From Thermoplasmatales archaeon (lineage in GTDB: Archaea > Thermoplasmatota > Thermoplasmata > Thermoplasmatales > Thermoplasmataceae): DNA of 64,000 nucleotides. Below, piece by piece: positions 20,810-30,437 of this stretch. The position numbers and the translations under genes were made by a program. The DNA is taken from assembly GCA_027310185.1 (NCBI GenBank), contig DAIDBH010000006.1:1-64000 (forward strand), given 5' to 3'. How positions within the stretch are numbered: position 1 is the stretch's first letter; every line of letters begins with the position of its first letter. The notes under the pieces were generated by a model. It had not been told where the DNA came from and ran no database searches. It saw only the letters and a list, made by a program, of their open reading frames with translations.

Positions 20810-21067
20810 CTAAAAATCCCGTTCATGATCATGGCACGCATCCCCAGATTGATATGGTTCTCTGTCCATTTCAAATTCAATTCCTCCCAAATGTGGGATA
20901 CCTAACCATGCCTTGACTTTGTAGCTATTTCTTTTAGTGGGCACTGGATCGCGTTTCTTTTTGCAATGAGCGTTTACATATACACCGTCACTTCTTGTAT
21001 ATGCCTTGACATACTCCTTTTCAGGCGGACAGCTTAAATTTTGATTCACCTTATCAATTATACCCAT
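20810..21067 (-). CDS. Small basic hypothetical protein
   Basis: VKAYTRSDGVYVNAH motif of a widespread small-protein type. Confidence 0.6.
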   Translation of the reverse strand: MGIIDKVNQNLSCPPEKEYVKAYTRSDGVYVNAHCKKKRDPVPTKRNSYKVKAWLGIPHLGGIEFEMDREPYQSGDACHDHERDF

Positions 21068-21150
21068 ATTTGTTATAATGGTGATTTAATACTAATTTTT
21101 TGTCTTGTTCTGATTTTTTTTCTTATATAATTTCCGGTCAATCGTTTAGA

Positions 21151-23637
21151 CTATTCATAAGGTCCTAAGAACCGGTCTCCATTGAAGTGGATCATGTGAT
21201 CTGGGGTCTCTGCCAACCAGACCTCACTTTCCCATGAAATCTCTTTTAGGTATTTTACCATCGCACTCCTATCCATGAAAGCAGTAACATAAATCAGCCC
21301 TGCACTTGACTTTCCGAAGATGTCGGATAATTCATTTCTCCTCTTCTTGTTGATAGGGCCATGACTTGTAACGGCTTCAATAAGATAGAGCCAATTCATC
21401 TCGTCATCCAAGATTATTACATCCGGAATCTTTCCGTGAACATCCAATTCTATGTTGATAGATTTAAAGCCGTTCTCATCAAAATACAGGAACTTTTTCT
21501 CTGTGTCACCTATGTAGAGTATCCTTGGTTTATTTATAAATCTTGGAATGAACAGTGAAATAATCTTCTTAACGAGTACATTTTGTCCACCAGGGGACAG
21601 TTTAATATCCATTGTGGGAGAAATGCTGACACGTATCCTCTTCTTATCCTTTATCCCCCTATAATCTTCTTCCAGAGGAGGAGCTTCTTTTAAATACTTT
21701 TTTAGTTCATCATCCCAATCTAAAGAGCTGAAGGTTCTTATTAATTGGAGAGCATTGTTTTTAATCTGATATACTGCTTTTGGGCTATTAGTGGGACGGG
21801 TCGGATCGTCTGGATTTTCATTGATTAAATGAGATTGCAGGAACTGGTGGACTGTAAATCTGCGAACGGTCTCCCTACTGTTTGGGGCATATTTTTTCCC
21901 ATAGTTTTCCTCAAAAAATTTCATCATAGGAGTAATTCCCATTAGAGGGTTAGATGAATTTTTCCACGATTCTGTTGGTTTTAGATTCAACAATGCCAGT
22001 AAGGTTAACGCAGACCTTTCATTCTGTTGTTCCCTCGGCATGCCTATTCTTTTCAATATTTCTAAAGCTTCGCCAATTTTCTTTTTTACTTCTACAGGAT
22101 CAATTTCGTTTCCATCCATTAAAAACACCGTTTTTCTAATTATATTATCGATTTCAGACTGCACAGGCAATTCGTCCGAATACATATTCCCAAGAATCAT
22201 TAATGTGTCCAAGTCGGGATACCGTAGCCTTTCCAAATCAGATGCATTTACTTGAGTGTGTCCACTCATTTGCCTAAAGTAAGAATCGACAACAGTGGAG
22301 TTGAGGTAGACCGTTAGGCCCTTAGCCAGTTCCAATTTAAGACCATTCCCATTCTGGTGGATATAATTAACTCTGTTTTCAAATCCAACCAATCCATTAT
22401 GTGTGTGTAGAGGTTTATAAACTGATGCGACGATTCTTTTTCTTTCCTCATTGCTGCTGAATCTTTTCACGATGACGTATATTTCGTCCTTTACAAGAAA
22501 ATTAATTGTTTCATCTGTTACCTTTACAAAAGGTGCTTTTCTCATTGCAGAAGGATTCCATTTGATGTATCCACTAGGATTTACACACTCGGGTTGAATA
22601 AGAGGTACCATTTCCTTAGACTCATCTCTCCCCATATCTTTTATGGTACGAAAATCTACGATTGGGCCTGTTGATGCTTTCAATCCTAAATCACTAATCT
22701 TATAGGGGAGTTTGTTTACCAGCCTCATTATTTTTTCTTCATTACTATCTACAACAATTCTTATTACGTGCTCTTTGTCGCCTGGAACAACGATCTCCTC
22801 TTGCTGAACTTCACTCTGAGTAAAGACAGTGTCTTCAGGTCCATTACTTGAAAATATCTTTACCATTCTGCTTGAAGTTTTTGACTTTACCCATTTTATT
22901 ATAATATTTTCCTGCAAAACCTTGTCTATACTGAATGCTTTATTTCTGGACATAAAAATGTGTATGGCAGAAATATCAAATTTTCCAAGAAAGTCCTCTC
23001 TAAATCTTTTAAAATAAACACCATTGCAGAAACTACGCGGAGTGATGCTGATTAATTCACCCCCATCATTTAGGTAAGTTCCTGCCATAGATAGAAATGC
23101 AGTATAAAGATTCGGACTAGCTTTACCTGCCATTTTCAATAAATGATAAGTGTCAGTTGAAGTGTTCAGTTTCTTATATGGAGGGTTTACAATTATGTGT
23201 GTGAAGTTTTCCTTAGGTCCATTGAATAGTTCATTTCTTCTTACAGAGGCCTCAATAAAGTCCTCATTTCTTATATGACCAACAAATTTAATGCCCTTTC
23301 TCTTACAAGCTTCTTCGCACGATTCAATAGCTAATTTTAGAGGTTCTAGCAGTGTGGTATCAGCTTCGAATGCTACAACCTCTATACTTTTCACATCTTT
23401 ATGTTCTAATAATACCCTATTAACACATGCTGTGAAAAGGATACCGCACCCCGCCCCTGGATCGAGAATCCGTATATTATCACTTACGAAATTGAATCCT
23501 GAAGCCATTAACTTAGCTACGGAACTCGGCGTAAAGTATTGTTTAAATCTATCTTTAACGGCATAGTGTTCTCTGTCTTTTCTTTGAAGCTGGTTATATT
23601 CTACGTAAGAAACTAAGTCGTATTCACTGGTTAACAT
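21151..23637 (-). CDS. Fused type II RM: Eco57I/PstI-like adenine methyltransferase + BsuBI/PstI-family endonuclease
   Basis: QYFTP, LDPGAGCG, NPPY, GHTQVNA, then YAPNSRETVR, HGKIPD, IEAVTSHGP, HMIHFNGDRFLGPY in one ORF. Confidence 0.92.
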   Translation of the reverse strand: MLTSEYDLVSYVEYNQLQRKDREHYAVKDRFKQYFTPSSVAKLMASGFNFVSDNIRILDPGAGCGILFTACVNRVLLEHKDVKSIEVVAFEADTTLLEPLKLAIESCEEACKRKGIKFVGHIRNEDFIEASVRRNELFNGPKENFTHIIVNPPYKKLNTSTDTYHLLKMAGKASPNLYTAFLSMAGTYLNDGGELISITPRSFCNGVYFKRFREDFLGKFDISAIHIFMSRNKAFSIDKVLQENIIIKWVKSKTSSRMVKIFSSNGPEDTVFTQSEVQQEEIVVPGDKEHVIRIVVDSNEEKIMRLVNKLPYKISDLGLKASTGPIVDFRTIKDMGRDESKEMVPLIQPECVNPSGYIKWNPSAMRKAPFVKVTDETINFLVKDEIYVIVKRFSSNEERKRIVASVYKPLHTHNGLVGFENRVNYIHQNGNGLKLELAKGLTVYLNSTVVDSYFRQMSGHTQVNASDLERLRYPDLDTLMILGNMYSDELPVQSEIDNIIRKTVFLMDGNEIDPVEVKKKIGEALEILKRIGMPREQQNERSALTLLALLNLKPTESWKNSSNPLMGITPMMKFFEENYGKKYAPNSRETVRRFTVHQFLQSHLINENPDDPTRPTNSPKAVYQIKNNALQLIRTFSSLDWDDELKKYLKEAPPLEEDYRGIKDKKRIRVSISPTMDIKLSPGGQNVLVKKIISLFIPRFINKPRILYIGDTEKKFLYFDENGFKSINIELDVHGKIPDVIILDDEMNWLYLIEAVTSHGPINKKRRNELSDIFGKSSAGLIYVTAFMDRSAMVKYLKEISWESEVWLAETPDHMIHFNGDRFLGPYE

Positions 23638-23785
23638 CTTTTAACTACCTATAGAGCTATCTCTTTACACTGTACAGAATATTTGTTAAAAAGCTTTCGT
23701 TGGTTCGTCAACACATTATGTTTAACCTAGAATCTCTATAAAACATTTTCAGGTTATGTGTTTAATTTGCGTTAAGCAGAGAAGT

Positions 23786-23986
23786 ATGGCAATTAATAAA
23801 ACTGCAAAGAAGAATACTGAAACCCTGCAAGAATACATAATCACAGAAAACAACCGTGGGAAAAACCTCTTTGGCGTCATAGTTGTTCCTGTAGGTGAAG
23901 GTGAAACATCATGGAATATTAACAGTTCTGATATATACTCTGACGATCTTAAAGACCTATCGCAGTGGAGGAATTTTCTCCTATAA
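23786..23986 (+). pseudogene. Probable C-terminal remnant of a type III RM Res / DEAD-box subunit
   Basis: AKKNTETLQEYI..ENNRGKNLFGVIVV...W..N...DL..W resembles the C-terminal tail of type III Res proteins; no upstream body. Confidence 0.5.
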
Positions 23987-24100
23987 AATTCAAAATTTAT
24001 GAGCAAAGTTTCGTAAAACTTCACAGGACCTAAAATAAATTAACATTACAGGCATATTTTGCAAATCATTAATAGCGATTTACTCTTATTTATTTTCATT

Positions 24101-25306
24101 ATGGCTCAAAAGTGTATAATTATCGGTGCTGGCGCCTCTTATGGCTATGACAGCAATATGATTGATGAAGAAAAACCACCACTGGGTAAGGACGTTCTTC
24201 GACGGGCAGTCGAAATAGGTGCACTTACGGAGTGGAAATATCCAATGATAAGTTCAACACTTACCGACTATGCAAACAAATTTACGAAAGATTCCGAAAA
24301 ATTTTCTGACATAGACATTGAAGAGTATCTAGAATATCTAGCTGACCAGCTGGTAGAAATCTATACCAAAATAGATTCTAATAATCCACCACATACTAAA
24401 GAACAGTTAGATACAGTGTTATCCAAATTTCAAAACGACTTTGAGGGGACTTGGAGAAAAATTAAAAATGAAATTCAAAGCAATCCCGACCCATATTTTA
24501 ATATTAAGAATATTGCAAGTAAACTTCAGAGCGCTATTGGTGAGAGTTGGTATCTTATGTTTGAGGTTTTTAAGAAGTATTCACTAGCTTACAGACCGAA
24601 TCTTGATGCTTACCAGCGCTTGGTATTAAGCCACATCAGAGATGATTATAATGTTGTTTCTCTTAACTATGATGTTCTTTTTGAAATGGCCGCCATAGCA
24701 TCAGGCATGATTTTTCAATACCCTCCTGAAAATAGCAGTATTGTCAATAATTTCCAATTAGTTGACCCAAGGAAAATAATAAAAATCGCAAAGGTTCATG
24801 GTTCCATTAACTGGCTTAATAGTTATTCCAGAGGAATATCATTAGGCAGTGGAAAAGAAAGAGGCTACAGATTGATGCGTATTGTTAGTGGTCTTATCTA
24901 TACTAACCGAGTACAGATGGAGCCAATAGTCACAATCAATCCGCTTCAATTACAACAGATAGACATACAGGATATACTTCTATCTGGAACTAAATATTAT
25001 GAACCAGCTCTGTTACCGCCCGTTGGAAAGTATAAAGATTACCAAAAAGTAAAATATTTTGAATCTAACTGGAAGGCGGCAGAAGGATATGTCAAATCAT
25101 CAGATGAACTGGTTTTTATTGGAACAAGCATAAGAGATCAAGACACAAAACTTAAGGATATGATAGAGATGAACGTAACAAAGTCTGTAAAAATTACGAT
25201 TGTAGGTTCACAAGAGGCCGAAACTAAAATACGGAAAATATTAGGTAATAAAATCTCTGATCTGTGTTTTTATTGCAATTTTGAGGAGTATGCAAAGCAA
25301 TTATGA
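24101..25306 (+). CDS. SIR2-like (SIR2_2/AbiH-type) protein, putative NADase defence effector
   Basis: IIIGAGAS, SLNYD, KVHGS, LVFIGTS..DQD. Confidence 0.88.
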   Translation: MAQKCIIIGAGASYGYDSNMIDEEKPPLGKDVLRRAVEIGALTEWKYPMISSTLTDYANKFTKDSEKFSDIDIEEYLEYLADQLVEIYTKIDSNNPPHTKEQLDTVLSKFQNDFEGTWRKIKNEIQSNPDPYFNIKNIASKLQSAIGESWYLMFEVFKKYSLAYRPNLDAYQRLVLSHIRDDYNVVSLNYDVLFEMAAIASGMIFQYPPENSSIVNNFQLVDPRKIIKIAKVHGSINWLNSYSRGISLGSGKERGYRLMRIVSGLIYTNRVQMEPIVTINPLQLQQIDIQDILLSGTKYYEPALLPPVGKYKDYQKVKYFESNWKAAEGYVKSSDELVFIGTSIRDQDTKLKDMIEMNVTKSVKITIVGSQEAETKIRKILGNKISDLCFYCNFEEYAKQL

Positions 25307-25355
25307 GAACCAATAAATTTGGACTTAGGATAACGTATCAAGAACCTCAATATCA

Positions 25356-26288
25356 CTATAGAATGGAGAACACATTTTCATAGTGCCATTTTAGGTAAAC
25401 ATCAGATTCATTTTTTCTGGGAAGAATGAGGTCTTCTCTTTCAACAAGTTTTTTATATTGACTAACCATGTATTCGCTGCTCAATTTTTTCATTTTCTCA
25501 TTTACAACAATTCTGTTGTTGAAAATAGAGACGAACCCCTCGTCAAAAAGTTTATGATGAATAGAGCATAGACAGAGCCCGTTGGCAAATTTCCCAGCCG
25601 ATTTCAGATCTTTATTAACTGGTATTATGTGGGCTGCTTCAAGCAAAATATCCGAATCAACATCACAAAATAAACAATGGTTATTGAAAATGGCCATAAT
25701 GTTTCTTCTGAACTCAGCTTGAAAATGCCTAGAGTTTACTACGACTTTTCTCATTGAGGGATCGACCCCATCAATCTCAATCCCGCTGTCCTCTTTCTTA
25801 AGGGAGTAAATGATTTTATTTCCTCGCCGATCTTTCATAATAGATGTAGCTTTACCATTATATTCTTCCATCATCGTATCATACATGAATTTAAACAGCT
25901 TCCATTTTGGAGTCTGTGTTTTTCCAAAATTTTCTAATCCAGGGATTTTTTGTATAATGCTCAGCGATATTTCGGGTTCAAATATTTTTATATCATTCAG
26001 TTTAAACTTATTTCTATAAGGATAATTGCCATTTTCCTTCACTGTATCAAATATATGAAGTTCAATTGTTATGCCTTTCCGATCCTTATCGTATAGCAAT
26101 AGAATTCCCTTTTTTTCATTATTTAAATAGTCACTTGGGGTGCCCCATTCATCCCATTCACCATTCTTGAACTCGTTTATATAAGAATCGCTGTAAACAC
26201 CCGATTTATCCCCAAACTGAATATACGCTATTTTCCCGATAGGATGAGCGGGTCCCTGTTTTCTAGGTTTATTCATAATATTTCTCAC
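25356..26288 (-). CDS. HNH endonuclease with an N-terminal PUA/EVE-like domain (type IV restriction-like); start may be ATG 26276
   Basis: QAEFRR..CLFC..LEAAHIIP..NGLCLC..HHKLFD. Confidence 0.85.
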   Translation of the reverse strand: MRNIMNKPRKQGPAHPIGKIAYIQFGDKSGVYSDSYINEFKNGEWDEWGTPSDYLNNEKKGILLLYDKDRKGITIELHIFDTVKENGNYPYRNKFKLNDIKIFEPEISLSIIQKIPGLENFGKTQTPKWKLFKFMYDTMMEEYNGKATSIMKDRRGNKIIYSLKKEDSGIEIDGVDPSMRKVVVNSRHFQAEFRRNIMAIFNNHCLFCDVDSDILLEAAHIIPVNKDLKSAGKFANGLCLCSIHHKLFDEGFVSIFNNRIVVNEKMKKLSSEYMVSQYKKLVEREDLILPRKNESDVYLKWHYENVFSIL

Positions 26289-26621
26289 TTTCTATCATAA
26301 CTAAGACAACCATGTTCCATCTATCTATTATTCTTAAATTTTTCTTAATTTGATATGGTCCACAATCTTCGCTAGTACGATGGTTATGACTTTACGAGAA
26401 ATTCTACTGAATTCGTTTTAACTTGGCCATACAAAAATAGTGAAATAGAGATTCTTATATTTCATTATAATCAAATGATTTATTTCGATCCTGGAATTAC
26501 GGATTGTTGCAGACATGAATCATATCTAAAAATTGAGGATGTTGTTGTACAACACTCATTATAGTAGTTACAAAATGAAGGTAGCAACATTTATGAGAGT
26601 TAGTGTTATGATTAATCTTAG

Positions 26622-27275
26622 ATGAAAAGCTCTAGGATTAAAATGACCTATGAAGGAAACGACATTCTTTCAATGTTTGCGTCTCCAACAAAAGACCGTG
26701 GTTTATCAATCGGTTTTACAGACCCTTCATTTGGAAATATCCATCTCACAACATTTCTCAGTCCAAAGGACAATAGGATACACTCACACATTACAGACAA
26801 ATTCCGTAAATCAAAGCCTTACAGTCAACAGATAGACCCAAGTTTGTACAAGGCAGTTATAAACAAAATAACCAAAAATTGGTACACATCAATCGATTCA
26901 CTGGGAAAGTGCTACATGCCTAAGGGATCGCTTCACGACAAACTGTCAAAACTGCTTCCACAGCGCCTGCGGGATGGTTCCTTAAGCTATCCTATTGAGA
27001 TGAATTATACATTGATTAAAACGGACTTTAACAATACTCGAAGATGGGAAGAATTAGATTCATCAGAAATCTTCAAGAAATCAGGATCGCTAATCTTCAC
27101 AATATACCATAAACGACTATGTATAGTCTCTCTATTGGAAGAAAACACAAAAAAAGTTTTGTGTTATACTGATAAACAGTACCAGCGATTCATAAATAAG
27201 ACAATGAGATTAATGGGTGTGGATATTTTTCTTGCTTACCTAGAACTAGCGGTAACTGATAAGGTAAAGCGGTAA
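26622..27275 (+). CDS. Hypothetical protein
   Basis: 217-aa ORF with no recognised motif. Confidence 0.65.
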   Translation: MKSSRIKMTYEGNDILSMFASPTKDRGLSIGFTDPSFGNIHLTTFLSPKDNRIHSHITDKFRKSKPYSQQIDPSLYKAVINKITKNWYTSIDSLGKCYMPKGSLHDKLSKLLPQRLRDGSLSYPIEMNYTLIKTDFNNTRRWEELDSSEIFKKSGSLIFTIYHKRLCIVSLLEENTKKVLCYTDKQYQRFINKTMRLMGVDIFLAYLELAVTDKVKR

Positions 27276-27346
27276 TTTTTAATTTATTTCTTCTCTTAAT
27301 CGAAATAAAATAATTACATTAGTTATTTCTAGGCAGCGATAATGAA

Positions 27347-28099
27347 TTACTGTAGCCTGTTTTGCAAGGAATTGAAATCTCCTTTGATATTTTTAATATT
27401 GAGTTCACTTTTGAATTTCACTTGAGTGGATTCTGCAATTTGTAAAAGTGTATATATTAAAGCGAATAAGAAACCTGATAAATCCTTAATAGTCTTTGTC
27501 CCGACACTAGGGAACTTGAACAAATGATTGTCGCAATCTACATAAAAACCCTGTTCCTTTATTTTGCTAGAAAAGTTTCTTGAAGCTCGACCAATAGCTT
27601 CAATTCTTTCTTTTGTATCTAACATCGCTTTTGGATCGGAAAGTCTTCTATTAATCTCTGTTTCTTCGAACTTTGGCTCAAAATCTTTAAGAGATCGTAC
27701 TGCAGAATTTCTTATACTCTCATTGCTTAGTTGCGTGTCTATTTCTTGTAAAAAAGTACCCAATTTTCTTATTAATTTCGTTTTCACATCGTGGTGTATG
27801 AATAAGTCCCCTATGTCTGCAAAGCAATTGAATTCATCAGTAAATTCCTTAATTTTTTGTTTCAAATTTAAACTTTGTTTGATACCATCACTCTTATCTT
27901 TGTCTTGATATTCATTAATGATCCCGTTCTTCATTAGACAGAACATTATAAGAAAAGCCTTTGCTGCTTCTTCAAGGCCTATTTCGATTAAAGCCCCTAC
28001 AGTAGGCAAGGATAAATCCCTTTTACTGCTATCTTTTAGCAATCGAATGCTATTTTTTATGCACATTTCAAGCCCATCTGTAGTTAGCTCACAATTCAT
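27347..28099 (-). CDS. AbiV-like HEPN protein
   Basis: NSIRLLKDS, LEEAAKA, HDVK, KEQGFYVD. Confidence 0.75.
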   Translation of the reverse strand: MNCELTTDGLEMCIKNSIRLLKDSSKRDLSLPTVGALIEIGLEEAAKAFLIMFCLMKNGIINEYQDKDKSDGIKQSLNLKQKIKEFTDEFNCFADIGDLFIHHDVKTKLIRKLGTFLQEIDTQLSNESIRNSAVRSLKDFEPKFEETEINRRLSDPKAMLDTKERIEAIGRASRNFSSKIKEQGFYVDCDNHLFKFPSVGTKTIKDLSGFLFALIYTLLQIAESTQVKFKSELNIKNIKGDFNSLQNRLQ

Positions 28100-28209
28100 A
28101 TAAATGCCTCTTTGAGAGTGAGAAGTTTTAACTAATTATATTTTCCTTTTCAAGGGATAATTAAAAAAATTTACCTTATTTATCCTTTTATCATTCATAT
28201 CAGAAAGGT

Positions 28210-28298
28210 AAATCGCAGAGAAATTAAACGTATCAGAATCTGAACATATCGGTTTTTATGAAATTAATGGAAAAGTCTTAGTAAGGAAAATTGTTTGA
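28210..28298 (+). pseudogene. 3' half remnant of an AbrB gene paralogous to 18578-18739
   Basis: IAEKLNVSESEHIGFYEINGKVLVRKIV*; 54/59 nt identical to 18651-18709. Confidence 0.85.
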
Positions 28299-28351
28299 TA
28301 CCTATTTAACTGATAGAAAAGCATTATTGTTCCTCTACACTATATTAAAAT

Positions 28352-29014
28352 ATGGATGAAAACCTCGGGATGAATAAAAGTAAAGATTGGTTTGCAACGA
28401 TTATTGAAAATTTCTACAATGATTTATTAGATGGCGAAAATGTTAGGTACCTGGAACTTTTTTCAAAACTACAAATACAAATTGAAGGATGGTTTCGTGG
28501 TGAACTTATGAATTATATTGACAAGAATCATTGTGAAATGAAAGTTGAAAACAGAGAAGTGCCAATTCCAAATGACAAAAGAAAAAAAGTGGACATCAAA
28601 GTAAAATGTCCCAAGCATGAGAATTATTGGATTGAGCTGAAACATATCCTTGTAGGTTGCCAAAAAGTGAGTCGGTTCAACCTCAATTCTTATTTTTATA
28701 ATGGGAAAACGGGTTCCAATATAGCCAATGATATAATCAAACTTAGGAAATTGGATAACTCTACTGATTCTAAGAATAAGTTAATTATTGTTTTTGTGTC
28801 CACTAATGAACAATTTGAAGACGAATGTAAAAAGAAAAATGGTAGTCTTGAAAATTACATAATTAAAGATAATAAAGACCTACAATCCAAGATTAAAGCT
28901 ATAAAGAATGAAGATTCAAAGAATAATCATCGTTATGATGATGCAGATTTGGAAGATAGCAATTACAACGGCAAGGCTCATTTTGGATATTTTATTCTAA
29001 GGATCAGAGATTAA
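28352..29014 (+). CDS. PD-(D/E)XK nuclease-fold protein
   Basis: EGWFRGE..RE..KVDI..YWIELK. Confidence 0.7.
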   Translation: MDENLGMNKSKDWFATIIENFYNDLLDGENVRYLELFSKLQIQIEGWFRGELMNYIDKNHCEMKVENREVPIPNDKRKKVDIKVKCPKHENYWIELKHILVGCQKVSRFNLNSYFYNGKTGSNIANDIIKLRKLDNSTDSKNKLIIVFVSTNEQFEDECKKKNGSLENYIIKDNKDLQSKIKAIKNEDSKNNHRYDDADLEDSNYNGKAHFGYFILRIRD

Positions 29015-29139
29015 ATTTTTGAAAATATTTATCTAAAAGTGTAAAAATTTAATTTGCTTTCATATTCTGAACATAAATTTATATCCATTCAGACTTCTAT
29101 CCTCCAACTATAAAGAAACAAATATGAGAATTATATATG

Positions 29140-30290
29140 CATTGGTTACAGTTGTATGTAGCATTTTATAGCATGTTATGTTACATGCTACATAGATGTA
29201 ACGTTTACATTTCTATAAGTGTAAACATACAAAAATACTGTTAAACAGGGTATTTTTGGAGTTGTTAGTCCTGTTTGATATATAACATTACAGTACACTT
29301 TGTCTAATGCTTGTATACGTTGCTCTAATTATATATACGTTTGTTACATGTTACACAACTGTTAAAGAGTCGATATAACCCATGCTATAACGAGTGTATA
29401 CGTGTAGATATAAGAAATATAACTTTTAATACAACAGCCCGTGTTGTTTACATGCAACAAGCAATTTTATCTATCATATCATCTCTCTGGGAATACGTGT
29501 TAATCAGGCTCTAAGACATAATCTGCATTGACCTATCCAGTAATAGAGTGTTGATAGATACGGATACAGTTAGCATATACCATGTAATACCATGTTATCT
29601 ATCATGTATCTAAGACGTATCTAAGACGTATCTAAGTGATCTATCTCGTTAGATCAAAGTTGTGTACCTTAAAAAGTGATGTATCTAAGAATATACATAG
29701 CATACAGACCACGTTTTTTACGTCTTCCTGAGACCGTACTTACATGTAACGTACTTGTATAGATGTGACTTTTTTGTGTACATGTAGCCGTATTTTTGCA
29801 CTACCCTAAAAATCACCCCCTATAGACCCCCTTATAGAGTATAAAATGACCCTAAAAACGACTACCGTCTTAGTAGAATTAACTAAGATGAAGATTTTAG
29901 ACGATGCAAAAAATGAGTGGTAAAAAATAGATGTTACATGTAACATACAAAACTTAGACAGAATTGATCTGCTCCTGATCTGCTCCCCTTAATACTGGAC
30001 ACATTTTTGAAGTGCGATTATGTTTGATTATTAGCCTACAATACAATGTCTCCTAATTGCCGTACTCTCACTCCATTCCAGGGTAATCATGTGATTTTTT
30101 TGATACATATCTGTCATAATTTCAGTGAATAAGATCATCATTGCCCAGTTGTAAATATCCCAGGATAAACAAATTTTCGTCCTTTACCGCATTCAGCGTG
30201 CTCACAAACAAACTGTCAAAACCTATAGGGAGCAGATCAATGGTGCAACAGTCGCTTTGATCAGACGAAAGAAATGATTACATGGTACAA
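29140..30290. repeat. Repeat- and palindrome-rich non-coding region (putative origin or protein-binding array)
   Basis: Many TACATG/CATG motifs, tandem GTATCTAAGAC x~3, tandem TGATCTGCTCC x2 with an inverted copy at 30228-30240, perfect palindrome ATGTTACATGTAACAT at 29931-29946. Confidence 0.7.
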
Positions 30291-30437
30291 TCAAAATTTG
30301 AATCTTTGGTCTATTATGAGGATGAAGAATAAGCAGTTATATTATTATGTGGCTTCTGTTAAACTTTCATAACATTATCATGTAAGTGGAGTGATGAATA
30401 TGTTGAAAAATAGAAAAAATTATCACGATTGCGATCT

